A DNA stretch of 61,582 nucleotides, counting the filler, from Choristocarpus tenellus KU-1152 (Eukaryota; Protista; Phaeophyceae): NCBI GenBank assembly GCA_964200185.2. It is 8 parts of 8 records of this genome, joined end to end, with 100 filler letters (N's around TTAATTAATTAA, not from the genome) between each part and the next. Parts side by side here need not be neighbours in the genome. Positions count along the whole stretch, not along the records: positions 1 to 17,408 come from CAXNAD020000676.1; 7 more parts are not named here. One strand, given 5' to 3'. Below the pieces are notes generated by a model. That model was given only the letters and a program-made list of their open reading frames with translations, searched no databases and was not told the origin of the DNA. A program made the position numbers and the translations under genes. Shown in pieces: positions 1 to 12,700 of this stretch. How positions within the stretch are numbered: position 1 is the first letter of the stretch; the number at the start of each line of letters is the position of its first letter.

Positions 1-9
1 TTTTCAGCA

Positions 10-43
<34 letters not shown>

Positions 44-194
44 CTACACCAGGGTGTCTATTTGGGCCATGACCAGGAAAAGTTCACTTACATTATCCAT
101 CCAACCTATGCAACCAAATCACACAAAAATCGTGACATGAAAAAACTGACCCCAAATGGACAGTAGCCACCCCCTCCCCCAGATACTTTGAGCC
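10..194. mobile_element. MITE family B copy in a Ku80 intron; left end lost in a poly-G tract at the contig start
   Basis: Body matches copies at 47172-47353 and 51932-52106. It ends in cagatactttgagcc, 14 bp from the Ku80 exon at 209. Confidence 0.8.
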
Positions 195-208
195 AATGAT
201 TGACCAAC

Positions 209-3200
209 CTGTCCATATCTGTAGCCCTTCACACGGTCTTCATAAAGCACCTCCACTTCAGGCATTTCTGATCAATCAAATAATGGATCAAAGGGTTTGA
301 ACACAATTTAAGCGTTTACACACTTCATTCCATCTTATCCCCTACAGTAACCATCAATCAGCCTAAACATGCAGGTGACTTCAAATAAAATGGGTTTCCC
401 ATGCCAACTGAATATCAAATGGCATCAGAGTGCTATAGTCGAACCACACTTCCAGGGAACAACGGAGCATTCATTAATCCTCAAGAGAACCTAGGTTGCT
501 ACAACAGAGCTTCTCCATGGAGTCATGGATTCATTGCACATCCCCTGCAAATGCTGCTTTTACACATGGAAATTGCACAGATGTTAGCACAGGAAGTTAT
601 GGGCAAAAAGACCTTACAAGTGAGAGCAACCTTTCCTGAGGACTTTCCCACAAGTGGGTCACCTGGGTCCCTGTAAACACGGTCCACACGTACTTTCCCA
701 ACTCCAGGGGCATTCACGCCGCCACCTTTGTGGAGGTTTCCTTCTCCACCAGACATTACCTCCTTGCTGAGAGATTCTGTTGACGTCTTTTGGCACTTCT
801 TGAAGAGCCTAAGCGATAAGAAGGGTCAGCGAAGGCTAAGAAGTTCAAGCGCGTCCAAGTGGCTCAATGGGACAGATTGACTCGCTTGTTCAAGCAATTA
901 TTGCTTGGTGTCAAGTGTCCACTACCCCTCTATTATCATAATATTTCATCAGCAAAATATCGATATCATCTATAATTGGCACAATCAACATTGTCATAAT
1001 GAACATGCATAGGATGCAACAATATATAATCAGTATTATCTTGTCCATATATGTGCTGATGATCTCTCATTCAACAGTCATTTTACTTTGCAGAGTAGAG
1101 TGCCAACACAGCCCACATTGAGATGCTGCCAACTGATTGCAATAGGTGAGTTGCGCCTTCTCACCTGCAATGGATAGTAAGCTTTGTCCCAATGGAAAGG
1201 TCGATCTTGGACTGGAGGTGTGGAGCATTGGTCACACACAAGATACGGACACCAAAACAAAAGATACGCATGAACACAATAGTGATCGGATGATGACATC
1301 ATGAAGCCTGATATTTATGTTAAAAAAAAAACTTCAAGATTTGTGAGCACAGCACAAGCATCTGTTGGTACAGATTGGTATTACTTCAAGTACAGATAGT
1401 CTTAGATATTTCCTACCCATGCTGAGGGTCAATGCAACATGACCACCTGTCTTCTGTTTGATTATCCACCACATGTTCAACCCATGGTGCACCAGTATTC
1501 CACAAAGGTGAGCGACTTGTTGCAAGCCTCCAGTGTACAAGATAAGTACTTGCTTGCGAGTTAGAGACTGGGAAGAAATGTGTTACAGAAAAACTTAACC
1601 CAACACGAGAGATGGTTTGGTTTGGCATTGAAAGGTCGCTTTGCTCTTCGTGGAAAATGCTCGCAAGGAGAGCACGCATGATACACTTCAAAGGGCACCA
1701 TACTCAAAGTACAAAGGTTAAACTTGGCAACTTGAGTATGTTAATCCATCTCAAAAGTACAGAAAACACACCACAAAAAAATTGCCTTCCAGGTATGTCT
1801 TATGTAGAGGTGCGATGCAAATGGCATTGTTTCAAATTTCGAGATTTGTGGAAATGCTGCTCTACGTCAAGTCCAGATCACCGTTCCTGCTATGTGAAAT
1901 GACCAACATCTGAGGCTTTAGTGTTCAAACGCTTCAAAGTACAACATAGGTAAGGTCAATTCACCTCTGCTGTCTTGCTGTAAACCCAAACTAGAAACTC
2001 TTGGCAAGCGTTATGGAATGAAAACGAACATGATCTCAAATTTAGCCTACGCCCCTCTAGAGACAACGGCACAAACATAGTTGACGCAACTCAGACTCCA
2101 AATAAACCTTTTTTGCAACAACGCCTTTACAAGACGATGACCCAACAATGATTCAACCAGACATCAGCCATTCTCCAAAACTATCCTCCAAGCTGTACTC
2201 AATACGATGCAGAAGATCGTGAGTCTGCAAAATGCTGTGGTTGATTGGCGTCAAATCACAAATGGAAGAATCTCATAAAGGCCCTTGGGCATCCATGGAA
2301 GAACCCTTTTTTCACCCCTCGGAGCAGACCAACTCCTAACTCAGGTGTTGAAATGATCTTTTTATCACTACAGAGCTACACACACAAGACTCTCCCCCTG
2401 CTATAGAAGTGACAACATCTTGTATGGAGGAGGGATTCAGGTTAAGATGAAAATATTATGTTTTTTCAGCCAAAGATGTTCAACGGATGGAACGCCACAC
2501 TGCTCTCAACCTCAGGGTTTTCAACAAAAAGCTGCTTTCATATTGCTTTAACAAATGACATTCTTTTACTGTGGAGTTATGCAATAATGAGCTTTCATTT
2601 TTGATCCCTGCTACATTGCAACAAAATAACCCTTCACTATTTGAGGTAGAATCACGAACCCTAATTCAACCTTTTTTAGCTTACAATCCTCCCTAAACCA
2701 GTTGCTCGGTCATCTTCTATATCCCCTCTTCCTCTTCCCTTCCCTTCAATCCCATTGACTCCATCAAAAGCCTTACCAACATGGGGTTGACTTTTTTGAC
2801 AGCAGTGGCTCCCAGTAATTCAACCACACTAGAGGCCTCCACCACAATTCCCTGTGTGATGGCAGACAAGCTCGACAACATCATGTCGTTCTCATCCTTT
2901 ATCGACATCTGGTTGGAGGTGGTGTACAGAAATATATGTGTTCGAGGTCAAGGGAAAGCTAGGAGGGGTAAGTGGGGGGTGGGGGGAGGAAGGGAAGTAG
3001 TGGATCAGTCTGATATCCATCTACGACTGTGCTGATTCCATCAATTATATTGATGAGAGGAAGAATGGGTATACAATACATAAAAGCACAATGATACTTC
3101 TAGTATATATTCATCAACACAATTTTGTGAATGAACAGTTAGTAGGGGTCTCCAGTGTCACAACAACACAACCGTCACAAAAAACCGCTACACTTACGTG

Positions 3201-6200
3201 TCCATCAGTGAAACTTGACACAAGAGGCACTTACGAATTATGTCCTGGATTAGAATGCACTTTGAAAGAGTGCACATCTTGTCGCATAGTAGGTAGCAAT
3301 CTGCTTTATTGACTGTAATGTGTGATCTTGAGTTGTGCAATCAGCTTTGTTCTTTCAGTGAAATACACGCAGGTTGTAAAATGTAGGAGGAGACATGCAG
3401 GACAAGGAGCCCCTTTCGAAATGACTTTAAAGAATGACACAAATAGTTGAATGATATAGGGGCTTCCCACAGGGATATGGCGCTCAAGTTGACCACAAAT
3501 GTATGCAAGGATGCTTTCCCTCATGAGCAACGCTAGTTGGCTTCATTCTGAGCAATAGATACTATTCGCAAAACTGATATTTTAAAGAGTGCTGGGGATC
3601 ACCATAGTTACTTCAACATTTTGTTTTGACAGGGGGAGTGTAGACACCCCATCCATGATTTTCTTTCACAAGCTTTGGGCAACTACTGCAATTATAATAA
3701 TGCCATGAAAAATCACAAGAATCCCAAAATACATCACCTCTAGGCTGTGCCCTGTTCACACTTGCATCTGTATCCTCTTCTGAGCCTGCCGGCGAAAATC
3801 AGAGCTTGATCATCTATATGAGAAACCCACTCACCTCCTCTTGTCCCTCATCTTCTAATTTCACTTTCTCTCCCTTCATGGGGGCACTCAACAGACCCTT
3901 GTTCCCAAAGGAAACAAAGTGAAGTTTGCAACCTGAGTCCACATAGGAGTCTTTAACCTCTTCCAGACTCTCCAGTCCATCCTGCTGTGAGGACGCATCT
4001 GTGACCAGATACACATGCTTGGAATACTTCCTGCAGGGAAATGTAGTTCAGGGTTAGGGTTGGTAAGACAACAAAAACGAGCCTGTACCCACTACTCTGA
4101 AGAAGTTGACTGAAAGCAAGCAGTGTGGGGGTGCAGGTGGAGGGTTGCTCCTGAGACTATTGACTCCATGTTGATGTGAAAAAATATTATTCATACAGTT
4201 GTGTGAAACGTGGAAAACCAAACCCATTCTGGGTACTTTTGGCAAGGGATCTGTCTGAAGTACATCAACTGTCTCAGAAGCTTCAACAGGTGTTCCCAAA
4301 CCTTTGGAGATGGAAACTTGGCTCTTAACTTTGAGTCTAATTCATCTAACTCAGACCACACTCTCTCCCCACTATTTCACATGCTGAAGCACTTGGGTTG
4401 TGGGTTATTTCGTATCCAATACTCTAGAACACTTCACAGGCCAGGAAATAAAAGAAGGTTGAGGAGGCTGAAGGGGAACTAAAGGGATCAGAGTGATTGG
4501 TCGTAAGAGGGGGAAGAAGTCGGGTGAACTCTTTGGTCACTCACTTCTTGGCAGTCCTCTCATGGACCATGGTCATCCCCACAATCATGGCATCCAATAA
4601 ATCACTGGTGCCTCCTTCCATGGTATTGATGCTGTTCAATGATCGCAGCAGCTCCACACTGCCTCTTTCCAGCCTGAGGCACAAAGGGCAAGAATGCCTT
4701 CAACTCATTGACCCTGTCCTAACCCTTGCAAAAATCTCAAACAAACAGCAAAACTTCTCACAGTCAATGCAGACCTCCATTCAAAATTTATACCATGTAG
4801 CAAGAGGACCAAAGAAGGCAGTTGACACTGTAGCCACAACAATGTCTCTAAGGGAAGACAAGAAGGGGTGGTGCGCTCAGACTGATTATTTTCTGACAGT
4901 CCATTAGCTGCTGATTGGTTTTATCTTGATTCAGTGTGTGGCTGAAATCTTCTGCCTGAACTTTGGGGAAGTGTAGGCTGTGATGATGACACCAGTAAAT
5001 TGATCGTAGAGATAATGCACTTCCCGCCTTACCCTGAAAGCTCCTTGATGCCCAGGTAAGCATCCGGGAACTTCTCATTAAGAGAGTTGCTGGTCTCTAA
5101 TGCTGGCAATCCAAACATGACCACAGAAAACTCGTTCTGATGCAATCCAAATCACCAACCACTCAGCACATATCAGCACATGTGCACAGCAGAGGGCAGG
5201 GTACACAGAGTTTTAAAAAATTATAGAGCAAGTTCGTACAGGAGAATTACAAGAGTATTGTGCCCCGAATAGTGGGGATTTTCGTGCAGTTTGTTGAAGA
5301 ACAGTTTGTTCCAGCATCAACCTGTTTTGTGAATTGCTACTGGCATACTATTCACTCAAGCTCAATCTGCTCAATGAGGGAATTAAACTAAGAGTACGAT
5401 TTGGATCATCTACTTCATCCTAATTCAACAACGAGATTGAGAAAAACAACAAGAGAACCGATCCTTGTTGGAGTGAGGGGCTGCTGATCTTCTACAAACT
5501 TTCTCGTATCATAGCTCACACATTGGTACTACGCTACTCCAGACAGTCCTTATTCTGATTGTTACAGCGACATCAAGGCACGACAAAAGATCCTGAACAG
5601 TCAACGTAACGAACCATGGATGCCCACAACTCAATACTAAAACTGTGAGCCTATTAATTCATGTTCATGGGTGCAGCGTCAAGGAAGGTAGGGTGGGATA
5701 GGTGGTGGAAGGCACACCTGCTTGTTTTGCAGCATCTTTTGCGTCATAATAGACCTAACAGCCTCTTTCGCCATACCCATCCGTGGAACCATGCTTGCTG
5801 AGAACAAGGGTTAAGGAAGGTTGGAGAAACCCGAGAGATATTGGCATCAGTTGTGTTCGCTTTGGAAAAGGGATTTAACGAGGCTAGATTACCTTTGTAT
5901 AACTGTACGAAACCCTCGGTAGGCACTTTAAATCCAGAGGAGAGGAGAGGTTGCATTGATTAATCAACACTAGTGCGAGTGGCTAAGACTCCCCGGTTCA
6001 AATTTCAAAATATCTTGCCGGGTTTCAATAACTGCACCTATCATTGGATCGATAAGTAGTGTAACCGAGTCTGACTCTCAACAAAGACTGAAAAGGACAG
6101 AGTATTAGGTTAGTCGGACTTTCGCAGATTAACATCGGTTCTTGTCGCTCACAACACTCAGAAATCACAGGTGGACACAATTTTACTCAGTCCCGTACCA

Positions 6201-6504
6201 GAGAGAGCGAGTTGTGGTAGTCTGACCAACCAGGTTGGCAGGTCAACTGGAAACATAACACCGCTACACATGAGCATCATCCCACTCACAATTGATAAAA
6301 AAAACTCATCGTTGAGGTGACATCCGAACAAATTGATATGCATGAGTTGATAAACATCCTCTCTCAGAAAAATCTATCACCCTGGACAGATTTGTTGTTT
6401 CACTCCCATCCAAGATCATTCGACGAGTGGTTCTGCATCATCACACAATTCTGTCACTCACCCGCACAATCCACAAGGAACATGAGCGCTTCTTTCCCCG
6501 CCAT
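209..6504 (-). CDS. XRCC5: Ku80 (XRCC5) NHEJ DNA end-binding protein, 5' part (vWA domain and start of the beta-barrel); continues beyond window start
   Basis: Phase-compatible GT-AG exons (minus): 6462-6504, 5718-5797, 5033-5136, 4545-4673, 3835-4030, 2777-2908, 1165-1211, 663-808, 209-267. Spliced product: MAGKEALMFLVDCAASM..AKEAVRSIMTQKMLQNKQNEFSVVMFG..TSNSLNE..SDLLDAMIVGMTMVHERTAKKKYSKHVYLVTDAS..KDENDMML..KKVNP..IDLSIG..VEVLYEDRVKGYRYGQ. These are Ku80 motifs in the expected order, recognised by eye. Confidence 0.9.
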
Positions 6505-6704
6505 GCTAGCTCCTAGGTACGATATGACACAGATCTCTCTCCCTCTCACCGCTGGTCTATAGAAGTGTGGGCCAATTAACAACATGCTGCAAATTTGAAT
6601 TAGACGCCTTAACGTGGTGGTGAAAACAGGTTTTGAAATTATGGACTGTTCATGGACATGTGGTATGGTCTCAAGTTGACTCTAGTGTAAGCTCAGGCTC
6701 TGAC
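6505..6704. promoter_or_regulatory. Putative bidirectional promoter between Ku80 and TOP6A
   Basis: 200 bp between divergent ATGs (6504 minus, 6705 plus). CCAAT at 6572-6576; TTTGAA at 6594 and 6632. Function is inferred from geometry only. Confidence 0.6.
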
Positions 6705-9700
6705 ATGGATACCAAACAAAGAGGGAAGAGGAAGTCGAGCGATCGAGAAGTGATAAGCTTAGTCGATGGGGCTTCTCCAGCGAAGAAGGTGCACGGCGCT
6801 GAAATATTTTTGTCTCATGTTTTGGGCTGTATTGTTTCTATAAAAATACTAATGTCACATCGATTTCTTGTGTGAGTCGTGTATTACATTCGAAAGCATG
6901 CATTTCTCGTTCACCCATGCCTTAATTTTGAAGTGTACGCGTGTTTTGGAAAATTATAGCGAAAATATTAATTGATAGGCCACAGACTTCGACAACGAAC
7001 CAATTAACCAACTGGCACAATCACTTATTGGTGTGAGCTAATGCCGGGGATACAGACCTCTCACTAAAGACTCTCACTCGATGAGTGCAGTCGTTCGTTT
7101 CTCCTGTGTAAGTATTTAGTTCACAGATAGCCCTGCTCATGTTGTACTCGATGCGCAGTGGATACCCATGTTGGTCACATGGTCGAATATATAACTTCTA
7201 CCGGTCATTCGGAGCACATTGAGACTAAACTTCTCATCCACATTTCACATCATGATGGCCTGCGGTACTAGCGTGCTTTTCAAATAAAAATACTAAGAGT
7301 TGCCTGTTAACGGGGTTGACCCTTGGCCAGCTGTCTCCCTGCTTAAGTGTCAGTGTCGTCTCCAGTTTGTTGGTCAGCTTCTGCTCAAGATCTTCCTTGG
7401 CAATCCCTCGCCTCTCTCTCCTTTTTAAAGGCCAGCAGTCAATTCATTGCTGCGCCTTAACAACATTTGGGTTGCGGGTACAATTGATAGACAATGAACC
7501 CCTCACCCCACCAACCAACATCCCTCAGACTCCCACCTCTGTGCTACCCTCCTTTATTGCCCACTCCTTCCCCTCATCCCGTCCCCTGTCCCACTGCTCC
7601 AGTCCGTGAAACACCATAAATCTGAGGTGCGCGGTGCACATGCCAAGGTAGAAACACCTCCACGTGGTCGAGTTGCTGGCGTCCAAGGTGGACGGAGGCG
7701 ATCTTTTCCTTACTCTTCCCCAGCAAAGACGGTGTCTAGTCCTGTCAAGGCGGATTTTGATTTTACTTTCGAGGATGATGATGATGATGATAAGGAGGGT
7801 GGACATCGTGACATGGAGAAGGACAAAGTCATCACCACACCTTCTAAGCATAGCACAACTGATAAGGGCAAGGGTGGACGTAGAAGTAGCACCAAGGGGA
7901 TAAGGGTCGGTCTCACCAAAGCTCTGGAGGTCAGTCCTTTAAATGAAGCTAAGTCTTCTATTGAAACAGCACATGCAGTTGCTGGGGTAAAGGGCAAGGG
8001 GACTGGGGATGGTGGAAGTAAGGGCAATCTTGGGGATGTGGCTGGAGGATTATTAGGAAAGGACAACGGTAAGGCAACCAGTAAGTCATCCAAGACAGCA
8101 AAACTTTCAGGGGCTGCCAGTGGAAAAAGTGCACAGAAAAAAATGGGAATATGTGATGAAGAGTTAGTCACAACGTCAGGGAAGAAGGTAAGAGATGGGC
8201 TTGCCTCCTCCATTGAGGGTAATCACAAGAATGTCAGAGGTGGTATAACAAACACTCAGAGTAAGGCTGAGAGCAATGGCAAGATCAGCGGGAATGGTAA
8301 GGGCAAGGGACAAGGTACAAAAGCTAATGTGTCAAAGGAGCAAGATCTGGGGGAGGTTGATCATGATGCAACTGGTGCCGAAGGAGGTATTTTCAATGCT
8401 GACCACAGCTCTATTAGCCCTGGTACCATGAGTGATAATGAAACTGAGGGCAGTAGGAGAGGCAAGGGATTGCACTTGAAATCAGCCATGGAAAAGGGGA
8501 AGAGGAAGATAGAGGGATCGCCCTTCTCAGATATGGAGAATGATGGTGCTGATGGGGAGTCTCCCACACAAGAAAGAGTTGGGGACAGTGATGGATTTGA
8601 CAGAGATGATGGCAAGGAGAAGGGCAAGGGCAGTGGTAGGACCAAAACCAAGGAAGCCAGTCAAAGGAATGAAGACAATGAAGAATTGATAGGAGGCAGT
8701 GGGAAGGGAAAGAGGAAAGGGAGCACTAACGTTAGACAAAAGTCTGAGACTGGTCCTAGTAGTGCCAAAAACGGAGAATTGGAAGATAGTGACTGGGATC
8801 CAGAAAACTTATCTGACTCTGGTACAGGGATAAATACAAAGAAGGCAAGAGGGCGAGGTGGGGGAACTGGGACTGCAAAGGGCAAAGGGAAAGGAAAGGG
8901 GATTGCCGTGATGTCCACAGCAAAGCCAACAAATCTTGCAACAGATGTAGGGACTGTGCTGAAATCGCTACGTAAGCTTCGGGCCAGCATGCAACCCTCT
9001 GGTCGTGGCAACATCAGTGGTGGTGGGGTCGGGGGGGGGAAGAGTGTAAATTATCCTACACTAAGAGAACTTGGGTTGGAGGGTAATGTCAAGGAGGTGA
9101 GGAGGTTCATGTTGCTGGTGCTTATGCTTTGTTTCTTGTGGGTGAGAAAGACGTGTCTCCAGATTTTTTTCAACTTTTCGCCGTTGAGTTTGATCATGTT
9201 TGGATGAAAGAGCTCACAGTTTTAGTGCTTGTTGGATGTCTATCTTGGTATGGTAATTTTGAGCCGTTGTAAGAGTCTTACTAGACCAAAAGTCTTCAAC
9301 TGTAGGTTTTCTTGTGTACGATACAGCATCCCAACCACTGCATTCGAAAAAGTGATGCCAAGGTAACTATTTCGTGTGCAAGTTGAAATGCTACCACATC
9401 TGGGTTGACCCGATGCACTGCTGTGCTATCAGGTACTTCAAAGTAGTAGGATATGAGTACAGACCGCCCTAAACTACCTAACCTATATATGTCAAAGTAC
9501 ACACACCATAGCCCTAACTCATCACACACAAGGCACAGTGTGATTTTTGTATTTCAAGTACTGCATACAATAAGCACAAGTAATAGTACCCTTTCTCTCT
9601 CATGCAGAGTACAAGCTTTATGCTCTTCAAAGGGTGAGATGGAATCTGAGTGGGCCTGTCCACTGATGTTCATCTTACGCTTGACAGTGACCCACCACCC

Positions 9701-12700
9701 CCGCTTCCATCACTGACCTTATCCAATCACCTTTGTGTAGGTGAAAGAGATGCTGGCCTCAAACGTCATGGATGAGATTGAAGTGCTGGCCATCCACGTT
9801 GCAGAGAGCATCCTTTCTGGCAAGGGCTTTGGGTATGCCATTCCCACACGCAGTGCTTCTAACCAACGGTACATACCAGAGCTGGATCGTATCATGCTGG
9901 CAGATAAGGTTGGGAGACTAGAATAGAACACTTGCAATTACTTCATGTATACTAGTGTTCATATTGCTGCATTCACTACCGTGGTCTCCTGCACCATTGC
10001 CTCTACTCCTACACCCAAGAGCAAGGTCATCGACTCCCTTCACATTAATGCAGGAAATGGAGTGCATGATGTGCTTTTCAACTTGACATAATTCTGTTGT
10101 GTGGATATATTATTCATGGCATAGTGTCTCACAGCAAATACGTCCTACATAGTATGGATACATTAATAGAGATTGTCAATGTTGATCTGTCTATAGTAGA
10201 ATACAAAGTATAGTACAAGCACATGTCCGAGGGTTAGAGTATCAAACCAGTACATCTGTTTTGTGTCCTATGCATTGTAGACACAGCATGTATATTTTTT
10301 ATATCTGAGCACTACAGAAGGCGTTGGCATTTATATTTGTCACGATATCGCAAGTCAGCTGAGGTGATTGCTCCAACTCACTCTCCCTTTTTATCTATTG
10401 ATATGACAACTACTTTTGGTCAACACAAGCCTGTAGAAGAGTTCAGGTTTAGAGGAGATTCTTCACATCACTAGGACTTGAATGGTTAAGTAGTCTATAG
10501 TGCTCTGTTCCTCTCTTTCTGTTCCTTTGTTTCTCAAAAATCTTTTCACCAGCAAAGTCTCCTCAAATTGACACCCCTTGCCGGGAACTGGCTCGTACTA
10601 ATTTTTTCTTTACTTTAATGTTTTGTTGTTCTGGGTTAATTTTCCAAGGGTTTGGGTTAGGCCTTAGTGGATGAGGTGATGGATTCACTAGAGTATTTCC
10701 CTTCCTAACCTCTCCTCAGTATAAATGCTGTGAACCAAACAGGGTCTCACCTTAAGTGCCCTATATATGAACACCTTCCCTCATCCATTTTCGTTCTCCA
10801 TCCTTTGTCACTCACTGACCTAGCCTCATCTCCGTTCCCTTCCCCCTCTCCCTCCTCTCCAACTTGAACTTTTGCGAAGGTCTCCCAGCGCAATTTTGTG
10901 AGCACAAGCATGGCCCGCAAAACAGCAATTACAACCAGAGTCATGGAGCTAGTGCACCAGGTGAGACAGATATCAGGTTCGGGTTCTGAAAGATGTTAAC
11001 TCATAGGCTACTCCCTCGGTGACTCGTAGATACAGTTAAGTACCACCAACTAGTGCCGTCTGTTGTTCAAGTTCACTAGTATTGTCTCGTTAGTGTTTAA
11101 GCACTCACATTGCATGTATACCGGTATGTACAGTGTGTAGTCACGACTTACCGTTGCAATCTGTATGGTTAATGACATTTTTTAGTCATGTATTCGTTGG
11201 ATATTGTCCGATATACGAAATCAGTACGTAACACACGCATACGTTTTGACACAGAATTAGAATTAGACTTGGGTTTCTTTTTGTTGTTTCTCACAGAACA
11301 AATAACCCATGTTGATACAAAAAGGCTTAGAGGACTGATCGAACTTGAGGTGCTTAAGGGATTTGTTTATAGGTGTCTGGCTGCAGCTGCAGCAGGTAAA
11401 ACCTTTTATTTTGTCTTTTGGAGAACAAGAGACCTACAGTATCCTGGAGGTGGGGGAGTTTAGCCCAGGCCATCCATTCAGAGCTTGATGGGGTGTTGGA
11501 AAACTCCCCAGCTTGATGCCCGCTTTGCGCCCATTTTTGTTTGGATTTGGTTCGGGCAGAGGAATGGAAAAGGAAGGTTTGTCCAGATGATGGACAATAT
11601 CCTTATATCTGACATGTTCACTCTAGTCACATGAAAATCGGTAAAGGGTCGCAAAGACCCCGAATAGACGCCTGATCCCCCCTCTAGGATACTATAGGCC
11701 GAAGTCAACGTCCTATATGGCAACAACATTCCCAAATGAGTTGGAGGTAACATTTACTTAGGGTTGAACCCTATCAAGCACCCTTCACTGGGGTACATAC
11801 TGCTAAGTTCTTTCCCCTGTGGTGATTCCCTGATCCTCCTCCTTGACACGATTCCTTGTGCCACATGAAAACCAAGAAAAGCTTGCTTTGTTCCTAGACA
11901 AAGGACAGAGAACCTCATACATGTTTTAATATTAGTACCCCTGCAGACCCAAATCCTGCACTGGTCCTGGAGCCTAGTTCTGTCCCTACACAAGCCTAAG
12001 ATATTTGATAATATCAAGATCAATAACACCAGCCTTCTAATTTATGTCACCTGTTCGCTTTCCATGTGCAACATGAAGCCCACGTCCTTTTTTTCATTTA
12101 CTCTTCTCTTCTCAAATGTAATGTACGTGGACTTGATCAACTGGAATTTCCCATACTCTGGATGTTTTGCTCAACTCCAAATACCCCTAACCTCCTAACT
12201 CCAGTGCTCCCCTGAATCCCGTCATCCACATCAATGTTATGTTGGAATTTTTTTGTGTTCAGCATGACTTCCTGCTTGGTTCTGAAGTTCCAACCATAAT
12301 CTGTTCAAAATTTTGAAGTTGAGACCAATGAACATTTCTGTGTCTGATACTACACCAACCCCCATTTCTCCCCTCTCTTGCCCTAGGGCTGTTCTTATGG
12401 GCAAGGAATTTTGCTGTGTTTCCTTTCCATTTGCCATCCTTTCATCCATGAATGTAGCAAAGGATACAAGCTTCTGTTGTTGCTGGTTTGTGAAAAATAA
12501 AATTGGAGTCAAGAACAGCTCTAACCCTACTCCTACATAAAAACGATATATCATATGCTGGTGTTGTCTGTGAAAAGGTTTTAGGAAAAGGGATTCACAT
12601 AACCAAGCGAGACATGTTCTACACAGATGTAAAACTGTTCAAAGAACAGGGAGAGAGCGACACTGTCCTGGATGACGTCGCCTGCATGGTGGGGTGCACC

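Noticed and set aside
200-5900. Initially read as a decayed LINE with a zinc knuckle (CHDC..H..C near 4560-4590)
   Set aside because: That is an alternative frame. The region resolves into phase-compatible Ku80 exons.
5971-6006. tRNA A/B-box-like sequence (also ~51885-51915 on the minus strand)
   Set aside because: No cloverleaf can be formed. At most these are eroded SINE fragments.
7664-9014. Several overlapping antisense or alternative-frame ORFs
   Set aside because: They are shadows of the low-complexity TOP6A exon.
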